Shown here: positions 51,058 to 60,542 of the stretch, piece by piece
How positions within the stretch are numbered: the stretch's first letter is position 1
How the letters are laid out: every line of letters begins with the position of its first letter
Source: Octopus sinensis
Lineage: Eukaryota
Direction: 5' to 3'
Assembly: GCF_006345805.1 (NCBI RefSeq)
Contig: NC_043017.1
Location: 17,360,001 to 17,424,000, forward strand
Length of the DNA stretch: 64,000 nt
Notes under the pieces: generated by a model
The model's input: the letters and a program-made list of their open reading frames with translations, nothing else
What the model was told of the DNA's origin: nothing
The model's database searches: none
Made by a program: the position numbers and the translations under genes

Positions 51058-51352
51058 CAATAATAAATCTCTGAGCGAGATATAAACAGTAACTGCTCTA
51101 TAACATAAGGGGGATCAGCCATCTGAATGTGGCTAGGGTCAGGGCGGGGTGGTGGGGGTGTTACTGATGCATTTAGCCCCAGGCGAACATCAACGTCACC
51201 AGAAGGGCTGACACCATCTCGGTGTCCTTGCCAGCCTGCAAAGGGAGATCAGCCTCCCCGAAAATACGGATACTACATACGGACCGGTTTTACTGTGAAA
51301 ATCTATATATCCAGCCTGTAGAGGAAGTCCCTCAACGAAGAGCGGTGCTTAC

Positions 51353-51395
51353 CATACGTTGACAAGAGGCAATAACCTCGAAACCGGTCCGTATG
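51353..51395 (+). ncRNA. Type I hammerhead ribozyme, copy 1
   Basis: catacg-TTGACAA-gagg(caataa)cctc-GAAA-CCGGTC|cgtatg: 6-bp stem I, core U3 U4 G5 A6 C7 A8 A9, 4-bp stem II, palindromic ACCGGT stem III, GUC triplet. Predicted cleavage after 51389. Confidence 0.85.
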
Positions 51396-51710
51396 TAGTA
51401 TCCGTATCTTCGGGGAGGCTGATCTTCCTTTGCAGGCTGGCAGGGACACCGAGATGGTGTCAGCCCTTCTGGTGACGTTGATGTTCGCCTGGGGCTAAAT
51501 GCATCAGTAACACCCCCACCACCCCGCCCTGACCCTAGCCACATTCAGATGGCTGATCCCCCTTATGTTATAGAGCAGTTACTGTTTATATCTCGCTCAG
51601 AGATTTATTATTGTTTTCGAACGGATTTTCTACGCCAGTGACTGTGGTTACTGTGAAAATCTATATATCCAGCCTGTAGAGGAAGTCCCTCAACGAAGAG
51701 CGGTGCTTAC

Positions 51711-51753
51711 CATACGTTGACAAGAGGCAATAACCTCGAAACCGGTCCGTATG
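51711..51753 (+). ncRNA. Type I hammerhead ribozyme, copy 2
   Basis: Identical to 51353-51395. Predicted cleavage after 51747. Confidence 0.85.
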
Positions 51754-51922
51754 TAGTATCCGTATCTTCGGGGAGGCTGATCTCCCTTTGCAGGCTGGCA
51801 AGGACGCCGAGATGGTGTCAGCCCTTCTGGTGACGTTGATGTTCGCCTGGGGCTAAATGCATCAGTAACACCCCCACCACCCCGCCCTGACCCTAGCCAC
51901 ATTCAGATGGCTGATCCCCCTT

Positions 51923-51969
<47 letters not shown>

Positions 51970-51974
<5 letters not shown>

Positions 51975-52156
51975 ATAATATGTACAATTAATAGTCAAGA
52001 TAAAACTCTGAGTTTCAGATGCCGAAGTGGAAATCCACAACGACCATCTCTTCGGTTATCTGGCCAGATAACCAAAGAGATGGTGTTGTGGATTTCCACT
52101 TCGGCATCTGAAACTCAGAGTTTTATCTTGACTATTAATTGTACATATTATTTTAT
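51970..52156. repeat. Near-perfect spacerless palindrome (187 bp)
   Basis: Centred on gttatctgg|ccagataac (52063/52064). Arms differ by one substitution and one small indel. Confidence 0.9.
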
Positions 52157-52231
52157 AGATAAATTTTCCTCTATTTACATAATATTGAGGTTTCTTTCTT
52201 TCTTTTGTTATCTAACCATTTTTACCAATAT

Positions 52232-52274
<43 letters not shown>

Positions 52275-52311
52275 TATACTATACTATACTATACTATACT
52301 ATACTATACTA

Positions 52312-52870
52312 TACGGAGGTGTACCCAAAAGTAATCGGAAACGTAGTTCAGACTTCCACTGCTAGAAGCCACTTGATACAACCCTCAGGTTCAGTCCGCC
52401 GACCGGCGTTGTCGAGTGGGGTCATACTGGGTGCTTCTTTGTTTTCCAGTGCTTCCTCCTAGTTCGTCGATTTTTACGATGCTTGGAAAGAATGGACAGA
52501 GTGCTTCTGTGAAATTCTGTTTTCTGCTGGGGAAAACGGCGGGCGAAACAGTTCTCATGCTTCTCAGCTTACACGGACACTGCCATGAGCAAAACACGAG
52601 CAATACGAGTGGTTTTCTTACTTTAGGAATGGTCACTTGTCACTTGAAGACCAATCTCACAAACGAATGAAAACATCACGAAAATTCATGGACTGATTTT
52701 GGAGGACCGTCACCGAACAGTTAACAGACTTGATATGACTGGTGTGTCCTGGAGCTCCTGCCAGCGAATTTTGAGCGAGGAATTGCGAATGGAAAGAGTT
52801 GCAGCAAAATTTGTGCCTCGCTCGCTCACGGAAGATTAAAAGCAGTCACGACTGACTGCATGTCGTGATT
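52312..52870 (+). mobile_element. Mariner 5' fragment
   Basis: TA-cggaggtgtacccaaaagtaatcggaa TIR-like start. QSASVKFCFLLGKTAGETVLML is typical of the mariner N-terminus. Confidence 0.8.
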
Positions 52871-52917
<47 letters not shown>

Positions 52918-53309
52918 TCACACACAATAGGCGTCTTTCAGTTTCCGTCTACCAAATCCACTCACAATGTTTTGGTCGGCCTGTAGCTATAGCAGAAGAC
53001 ACTTGCCCAATGTGCCACTCAGTAGAACTGACCCCGGAGCCTTGTGAAATATAAGATCTTCTCTACTTTGATGACGGAGACTTGTCTTATCCAATGTTAA
53101 TTGCATCCATACGGCCGAATACTGTGATGAACTAAATCTACCAACATTATTATGTATCTCCGAGCCCCCAGAAACAGCTGTTGGATTTATAACACCCATA
53201 AAAATTCTTCATCTGAAAGTCTCCACTTTTTGCTTTCTCTCGTTTTGCATGTATACACACCCAAACTAATATATTTGATATTTTTAATATATTTAATATA
53301 TTTGATGTA

Positions 53310-53495
53310 TGAAGGCGACGAGCTGGCAGAAACGTTAGCACGCCGCGCAAGATGCCAAAAGTTATTTCGTCTGTCATTATGTTCTGAGTTCATATTCCAC
53401 TGAGGTCTACTTTGCCTTTCATCCTTTTGGGGTCGCTAAATTAAGTACCAGTTGCGTACTGGGTCGATCTAATCGACTGGCCCCCACCCCCAAAA
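53310..53495 (+). mobile_element. SINE family A, 3'-truncated
   Basis: ggcgacgagctggcagaaacgttagcacgccg...gagttcatattcc...gggtcgatctaatcgac. Confidence 0.75.
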
Positions 53496-53531
53496 TTCGT
53501 ATGTATCTAATTTGTTTATCCGCATAATTGC

Positions 53532-53570
<39 letters not shown>

Positions 53571-53605
53571 CGCAGGCGTGGCTGTGTGGTAAGAAGCTTG
53601 CTTCC

Positions 53606-55051
53606 GGTTACCCATAGTGCATTTGGTTTGTCGTTTGTGTGCGAGTCGGTTTTGTTGCAACGGTAAGACAATGTACTCAGACATTAGCGGGTCTGAGCTG
53701 TCTTCTTCAGAGGAGGAGCTGCTGAGAGCAGTAGAAGGCATGGATGAGTACTTGAGGAAAACGAAGAGTTTCGCAGAGGCTGTGGAGGTGAAGAGAAAAG
53801 AGGTGGATTTATCAAGAATGAAGGAGCATGGAAAAATGGTGCAGAAAGTGGGCGGCAACGTGACGTTGTCACCCCCACAAAGAATAATGGATGGCATAAA
53901 AAGAAGAACCGTCATATACAAAGTTTACTCGATAAAGAGTAAGAAGTTCGACCAAATAGAAATAGAGAAAATAGAAAAGGCAGTAAAGGAGGAATCCAAC
54001 GGAGTAATATACATGACAAGAGGATACCAATATGGGACAATGGTAGTCCAGTTTAGAACAGAGGAGGAGGCAAGGAGGCTGGCGAGCAAAACGGTAAAGA
54101 CGAAGGAAATGGTCCTTCTACCTACGTATCTTGGAAGAAGGACCTCCAAGATAAGGGTAGAAGGAATTCCGCCTGATATAAATGTGGCTTGGGTAGCGGC
54201 AGCTGTCCTTGTTGGAAGCGAGGAGAAGGTGACTGTCCTCCAAGCCACAGAAACAGAAGAAGGAGGGTGGAAAGGAAGAACGCTCGAGTTAATTATTCAG
54301 ACGGAAGAGGGACAACTTGAGAACTTGGCAGAGACTGTGACGCTGGGGGAAATCGTGCTGAGGGTGTGGGTAGAGGGCAGAGTACCACGTTGTTTCAAAT
54401 GTGGCCAAAAGGTCCACATTAGAGCACACTGCCCTCTACGAAGGACTACGGCTGAGGATATAGTTGCGGAGACAGAAGAGAAAAGAGAGGAAGACAAAAT
54501 AGACGGAGGAAACGATAAAAAAGAGGAAGAATGGAAAATTGCAGAGCGCAATGGGAGAAAGAGGAAAAAAAGAAAAGACACTGAGTATGATGTGGCACCC
54601 TAGTCCAACCCCATCCCACCTAAGACCTCTCAGACCCACCCTCCCCATACAGACACCAAACCCACCCAGCCCATTTCCCCTCAAGAAAAAAAGAAAAAAC
54701 AGACACCACAAAATTTAGAAGACCCCCCCTCCCGGTGAAAAAGGTTATGAATGCATGACGGAGAGAATGTTATCATTAAGTGTCAGTGAAAAAGGAAAAG
54801 GATTGGACGAAAAGACAAAAAGGACTCAGGACCCAGAGACAGCGAGTTGTGTTACTCAGTGTGGGGTGAGTAGCACACTCTTTATATTATCATTTTCAGA
54901 TATCAGTCATATTATCATATTTTAATTTGTTCTTCATGTGCATTTTCGTGTTCATTCATTATATCATATTTTATTTTTAATTGTTATATGCCCCCACATG
55001 TGTTGTAGTGTCCCCTCTGTGTATTACCTTTATGGCAAATTTAATAAAATA
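53606..55051 (+). mobile_element. ORF1-only retroposon, stack copy 1
   Basis: Flanked by AAGAAGCTTGCTTCC at 53591-53605 and 55052-55066. Short 5' UTR, ORF1, 3' UTR with stem-loop and A-rich end. Confidence 0.9.
53671..54603 (+). CDS. ORF1p with zinc knuckle, C-terminally truncated (310 aa)
   Basis: MYSDISGSELSSSEEELL...RCFKCGQKVHIRAHCP. The TAG at 54601 corresponds to CAG in the paralogues (VPQSN), so it is a premature stop. Confidence 0.8.
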   Translation: MYSDISGSELSSSEEELLRAVEGMDEYLRKTKSFAEAVEVKRKEVDLSRMKEHGKMVQKVGGNVTLSPPQRIMDGIKRRTVIYKVYSIKSKKFDQIEIEKIEKAVKEESNGVIYMTRGYQYGTMVVQFRTEEEARRLASKTVKTKEMVLLPTYLGRRTSKIRVEGIPPDINVAWVAAAVLVGSEEKVTVLQATETEEGGWKGRTLELIIQTEEGQLENLAETVTLGEIVLRVWVEGRVPRCFKCGQKVHIRAHCPLRRTTAEDIVAETEEKREEDKIDGGNDKKEEEWKIAERNGRKRKKRKDTEYDVAP

Positions 55052-55066
55052 AAGAAGCTTGCTTCC

Positions 55067-56559
55067 GCGCCTGCGTCGAATTATTTGCTGTGTTGAGTTT
55101 TGACGAGGCGGACGGAATCTTTTGGGCTGCTCGCCAGCGGTTTGTTGGCGAGTGTTGTACTAGTGGAAAAGAATGTATTCAGACCTTAGCGAGTATGAAC
55201 TATCCTCATCAGAGGAGGAGCTCGTTAAGGCGGTAAACAGAATGGACGAGCATTTGGAAAGAATAAAAAGTTTTGCTGACGCGGCAGAGGTAAAGAAAAA
55301 GGAAGTAGACCTAACCGAACTGAAGGAGCTGTGTAAGATGACACAGAAGGTGGGAAGTGATGTAAAGTTATTACCCCCGAAAACGGTTATGGTAAATATG
55401 GAAAAGAAGACTATTACCTACAAGGTGCACTCAGTGGAGAGTAGGAGGGTGGAGCAGATGAAGATGGAAAAAGTAGAAAAAGCTCTTCGAAGGAAGTAAG
55501 ATATATAGCAAAAGGAAGCGGATATGGGACGGTGGTTGTCCAGTTTAGGACAGAAGAGGAGGCAAAGAGGCTGGCAAGTACAACTGTAAAAACTGAGGAA
55601 CTAGTACTTCTACCCTCCTATCTTGGAAGAAAGAATTCTAAGGTGAGGGAAGAAGGAATTCCACCTGACATAAAAGTGGCTTGGGTTGCGGCAGCCGTCC
55701 TCGTTGGAAGTGAGGAGGAGGTGACTGTCCTCCAAGCCACAGAGACAGAGGAAGGAAGCTACAGAGGAAAAATACTGGAAATAATAATACAAGCGGAGGC
55801 GAAGGAGCTGGAAAATTTGGCGGAAACGGTGACGATGGGAGAAATAGTATTGAGAGTATGGGTAGAAGGCAGAATCCCGCGATGCTTTAAATGTGGCCAA
55901 AAAGGCCACATTAGAGCACACTGCCCACTACAGAAGAAAAAGATAGAGGAAAAAACAGATGAACCAGTTGTGGAGACGAAGGAGAAAAAAGAGGATAAAA
56001 AGAAAGACGGACGAAAGGAGGAAGAATGGATAGTAGCAGAGAGTAGAAGGAAGAAGAGGAAGAAAAGAAAGAACACTGAGTGTGATATGGTACCCCAGTC
56101 CAACTCCATCCCACCCAAGACCACTCAGACCCACCCGCCCCATACAGACACCAGACCCACCCACACCCTTTCCCCACAAGAAAAAAAGAAAAAGAAAAAA
56201 GAGCAGACACCACAGAATTTAGAAAACCCCTCCCCCGGTGAAAAAGGTTGCGAAAGAATGTTGTCATTAAGCGATAGTGAGAGTGGAAATAGAAGGACTA
56301 GACCAGAGACTAAAGACGAATTCGGACTCAAAGGCAGCGAGTGGTGTTACTCAGTGTGGGGTGAGTAGCACACTCTTCATATTTTCATTTTCAGATATGC
56401 ATGTTATCATAAACTTAATTTATTTTCTCATGTTCATTTTCATTTTCATGTCACTCACAGTATCATTTTATTTTTACATATTCTTAATTGTTATATGTCC
56501 CCACATGTTTTTGTAGTGTCCCCTCTGTGTAATGCCTTTATGGCAAAATAATTGAAATA
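55067..56559 (+). mobile_element. ORF1-only retroposon, stack copy 2
   Basis: Flanked by AAGAAGCTTGCTTCC at 55052-55066 and 56560-56574. Confidence 0.9.
55173..56368 (+). pseudogene. ORF1p split by a frameshift near 55490-55530
   Basis: The two track ORFs (55173-55499 and 55532-56368) align collinearly with the 53671 protein. Knuckle RCFKCGQKGHIRAHCP is intact. Confidence 0.8.
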
Positions 56560-56574
56560 AAGAAGCTTGCTTCC

Positions 56575-56815
56575 GCGCATGCGTCGGGTTATTGCTGTCT
56601 GGATTTTGTAAGAGTCGGGCGTAGTTTTTCGTGTTGCTTAGATGATGTATTCAGACCTTAACGGGTCTGAGTTGTCATCGTCGGAGGAGGAGCTGGTAAG
56701 GGCGGTCATAAAGATGAACGGAGTGTTGAAGACAAGGAGTTGTGCTGAAGTCACCGAGATGAAGTGAAGGGAGCTGGACTTGGCTCAGAAGGTGGGCGGC
56801 GATGTGAATGTGAGT
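56575..56815 (+). mobile_element. ORF1-only retroposon, stack copy 3 (5' stub only)
   Basis: 5' UTR gcgcatgcgtcg resembles copy 2 (gcgcctgcgtcg). Encodes MMYSDLNGSELSSSEEELVRAV...MK* then QKVGGDV; the rest is deleted. Confidence 0.85.
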
Positions 56816-56886
56816 CAACGTGTATGTGTATAAAAGAGAGTTCGTATATATGTATTTATGCGTGTATGCGTGCATATATATATATA

Positions 56887-57421
56887 CAGGGTGTCCCCAA
56901 AAAATGTATACACACCTTAAATAATTGTAAATTTGGGGTTTATTATAATTCGAATAATTTTCAACATGTAAAAGAATTTACAAATATCATTCTATTGTCT
57001 TGTTATCGCATGTTCTCAAACTGATGTCCGTTCTGCTCCAGACACTGCTGACAACGCGAAGCGATGGAATGGCACACATCATGGAACAATTCCCTTGGGA
57101 TATTCGTACATTCATGTTCAATGGTTGCCCTCAATTGAACGACTGTTGCAGGTTTCTGTGCGTGTACTTTGTCCTTTAGGTATCCCCATAAAAAGAAGTC
57201 TAGTGGTGTGAGGTCTGCTGAACGTGGAGGGTATTCGACAAAACCTCTCCGTCCAATCCACCTGTTTGGCAAGATCCCATCAAGAAAGGATCTAACATCG
57301 CGATGGTAGTGTGGAGGTGCCCCGTCTTGCTGGAAATAAAACTCTTCCTGTTCAAAGTCCTCTCTAATGCTTGGCATGACAGACTGTTGCAGTCTGTGTA
57401 TACATTTTTTGGGACACCCTG
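56887..57421 (-). mobile_element. Internally deleted Tc1/mariner element (535 bp)
   Basis: TIRs cagggtgtccccaaaaaatgtatacaca (56887-56914) and its near-complement (57395-57421). Transposase C-terminus FQQDGAPPHY...YPPRSADLTPLDFFLWGYLKDKV directly abuts one TIR. Confidence 0.9.
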
Positions 57422-57423
57422 TG

Positions 57424-57460
<37 letters not shown>

Positions 57461-57589
57461 GGACGTGTGTATGTGTAAGTGTGTGTTCGTTTGTCTTAGT
57501 CACCCACTACCGCTTGACAACTTGTGCTGTGTGTTTACGTCCCAGTAAATTAACGGTTCGGCAAAAAGACACCGATTGAAGGCTTAAAA

Positions 57590-57797
57590 TATATATTTCT
57601 TTATTGCCCATAAGGTGCTAAACAAGGGATTAAGTCGATTACATCAACTCCAATGCGTAACTGGTACTTATTTAATCGACCCCAAAAAGGTGAAAGGCAA
57701 AGTCGACCTCGGCGGAATTTGATCTCACAATGTAACGGCAGACGAAAAGCGGAAAGCGTATCACCCGACGTGCTAACGTTTCTGCCAGCTCGCCACC
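57590..57797 (-). mobile_element. SINE family A nested in the SINE-B tail
   Basis: Reverse SINE-A with cttaaaatat repeated on both sides. Confidence 0.75.
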
Positions 57798-58029
57798 TTA
57801 AAATATAAATAAGTAGTAGGGTCGCTTTGTTCGACTAAAATTCTTCAAAGCAGTTCCCCAGCTTGGCCACAGTCTAATAAAAAAAAATGATAAGAGATGT
57901 ATATATATTTGGACACGAATACGTGTTTCTAGTAGTCTCAAGTTTAAAATACATACTTAAGAGATATATAAGTTTGTGGTTCCGAAATTCTGTAAATAGG
58001 CGAAGAAACAATTCCTAATTCACAATATT

Positions 58030-58410
58030 CTTATGCTACCGTTGCTATTACTATTATTGTTGCTGTTTGTTTGTTGAGCGAAGTGGTCTTCGTCCCAGTG
58101 GACGAAGTCCGAAACGTGGTCCTTTGCTATTCGTAAGACCCGCAGAAGGGAAAGCAGATCAACCCCCGACACCGAGAGCATCGGCGGATGGATGAATGCG
58201 CATCTAGGCTCAGCGGTTGCGTAGGAAGTCGGAGACAAGAAACAGGAAGAAAGAGTGAGGGAAAGTTGGAGCGAAAGAGTACAACAAGGGTCGCCACCAC
58301 CTCCTGCCGGAGTCTCGTGGAGCTTTAGGTGTTTTCGCTCAATAAACACACACAACGCCCGGTCTGGGAATCGAAACCGCGAATCCGCTGCCCTAACCAT
58401 TGGGCTTCCA
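58030..58410 (-). mobile_element. SINE family C
   Basis: Related to the 13330-13683 head; the body is repeated in the same orientation at ~61310-61575. Confidence 0.7.
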
Positions 58411-58992
58411 CTGTTGTTGTTGTTGTTGTTGTTGTTGTCTTGTTATGATTGGTATTACAGATTGCTGAATCACGAAGTATGTGGACGTTACTCCATCCTG
58501 ATAATACGACTATTTTCTCTATAGATATTCTGCAAGATCTATTGTCGTTTCAAAGCATCGTTTAAATTACTGTTTAAGACCACCAGAACAAACTTTATGT
58601 ACTAAGACGTCAGAAGAATTTGCTCACTTCTAGACATCATTTAAATTACGGTTCACACAACAATAGATTGAACGATTGGTCCAAGACATTAGAGACAAGT
58701 CTGTATCTAGACAACGTTTACAATTTCGCTTCACAAAACCATAAATTTAATTAAGTGAAGGACTCTGGAGAAGTTTTGCTAAAACTTAATTTTCTCACTA
58801 ATGGAGTAGGAATTCTTTAAGTGCTATTCAATCAAAAGACTTCTAAATATCGATACCAATATTGGTAATTGATTAGTATCGATAATTCTGTGTTGAAATC
58901 GTTGTATATTTACATGCATACACACACGCGCGCGCGCGTGCGTATGTACGTGTATATGACTATCAGTCAATGTATGTATCTATAGCTTATAT

Positions 58993-59213
58993 ATTTCTTT
59001 ACTACCCACAGGGGCTAAACATAGAGGGGACAAACAAGGATAAAGGGATTAAGTCGATTACATCGACCCCAGTGCGAAACTGGTACTTTATCGACCCCGA
59101 AAGGATGAAAAGTAAAGTCGACCTCGGCGGAATTTGAACTCAGAACGTAGCGGCAGACGAAACACCGCTAAACATTTCGCCCGGCGCGCTAACGTTTCTG
59201 CCAGCTCGCCGCC
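58993..59213 (-). mobile_element. SINE family A, full length
   Basis: Reverse SINE-A flanked by near-TSD atctata(g/t)ctta. Confidence 0.85.
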
Positions 59214-59518
59214 CAATCTATATCTTACATCAAGAAATTAAACAGATGACAAGGGAATAGAAATTTCATTATCAAATTCATTAGGTTATAGCTGTTTCTG
59301 CTATGAGACATCGGTAGTCAGGGTAGAATGCTTGTGCGTCACCTTATTGTACCTTCCTCAGAGTTTTTAAAATGAAGTGCATGTTTATTTGAGAAAATAT
59401 TTACATTCATGGAAAAGATCACCGTCGAAAACAAGAATACAAAAGAAATAGAGTATAAAGTTTGAAAGATAGAAGTCATTCTCAGAAATGCGCAGATTAA
59501 AATAATTATATAAATTAA

Positions 59519-59985
59519 TTCTTTTTATTGGCCACAAGGGCTAATGTAAATCAAAACATTAAAGGACGACACAAGACGATATAGAAAGGGTTTTGCAAAA
59601 AAAAAACACAACCGTGTAAACATTTGATAACAAAAATAATATAACAAGTAAAAACTCCCAATAGAGGGAGGTGCTCTAAAGGTTACTCATGGAAAAAAAA
59701 ACATAAAAGCCACGGGTGCCTGGTCAACAGGGTAAAAGCCCTTTCTCCTTTTATACCTTCTTTACAGGTGTAATCTAAAAATTGGTCCATCCATACTGGC
59801 CATTTTCCCGACATTCACTCACCTTTCAGAAAATTTGCTAGAAAACAACACTTCCCTTTCTACCCTCACCTTCCTCAACTTGAAAAGGTTGAGGCCTTGC
59901 CAAAGAGGATTCACCATACTACTTCTTTCGCTACACCCACCAGACAAATGAAAACTGCCTTCCCCTTCCGGGAAAAACCGTTCAA
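59519..59985 (-). mobile_element. 3' remnant of a Tx1/L1-like LINE (ORF2 C-terminus and 3' UTR)
   Basis: Minus strand, two frames: VFICLVGVAKEVVW* and FKLRKVRVEREVLFSSKFSER*VNV, resembling the Tx1-type ORF2 C-terminus as I recall it. Ends tagcccttgtggccaataaaaagaa. Confidence 0.6.
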
Positions 59986-60019
59986 TATATATATATATAT
60001 GCTGAGACCCACTTCGGTC

Positions 60020-60542
60020 ACGACTGACCATGGGATTACACCTAGAAAGTTACCCTCTCAGGCACAAGTCCAGGCAAGGTTGTTTTATGGAAGACCAGCA
60101 GTCGCCCGTGCATAGCGGCCTCCCTTCTCCACTCCACCAATGTTATCCAAGGGAAAAGCAAAGGGGCCGATACAGCTTGGCACCTGTGACGTCGCAACTC
60201 ATTTCTACAGCTGAGTGAACTGAAGCAACTTGAAATAAAGTGTCTTTCTCAAGAACACAACACGCAGCCTGGTCCGGGATTCGAACTCACAATCTCACGA
60301 TCGTAAGCTCGACGTTCTAACTACTGAGCCTTGCGCCTTCACTATATATATATAGATAGATAGATAGATAGATAGATACACACATACAGTATATACATAC
60401 ATACACGACAGTCTTATTTCAGAACTAAATCCATTCACAAGGCTTTGGTCGGCTTAAGGCTATAGTAGAAGACACTCGCTCAAGCTGCAACACAGTTGTG
60501 GTTGGGAACCAAGCTTCTTACTACGCCGTCACACCTGCGCCT
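60020..60542 (-). mobile_element. Adjacent SINE-C-like (~60020-60342) and SINE-B head (~60400-60542) copies
   Basis: Reverse tRNA-like heads gtgaaggcgcaaggctcagtagttagaacgtcgagc and ggcgcaggtgtgacggcgtagtaagaagcttgg. Confidence 0.65.

Larger units (their letters stand above)
51056..51927. mobile_element. Penelope-like/retrozyme-like repeat array: one inverted and two direct copies
   Basis: 51056-51290 is the reverse complement of 51381-51615 (235 bp, 3 mismatches). 51290-51569 is repeated at 51648-51927 (offset 358). Flanked by (TA)n on both sides. Confidence 0.85.
53569..57885 (+). mobile_element. SINE-B copy expanded into a nest of insertions
   Basis: SINE-B head at 53569-53605, then three ORF1-only elements, residual microsatellite, a mariner, and the SINE-B tail at ~57490-57885, itself split by a SINE-A. 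Confidence 0.75.

Noticed and set aside
51127-51902. Three near-identical 64-70 aa ORFs (MWLGSGRGGGG...)
   Set aside because: They are by-products of the inverted and direct repeat array. They have no protein-like features, and two run antisense to the ribozymes.
39665-56815. Interpretation as LTR-retrotransposon or retroviral gag genes
   Set aside because: No LTRs, PBS, PPT, protease or integrase. The 15-18 bp TSDs, A-rich 3' ends and a 5'-truncated copy indicate target-primed (non-LTR) insertion.
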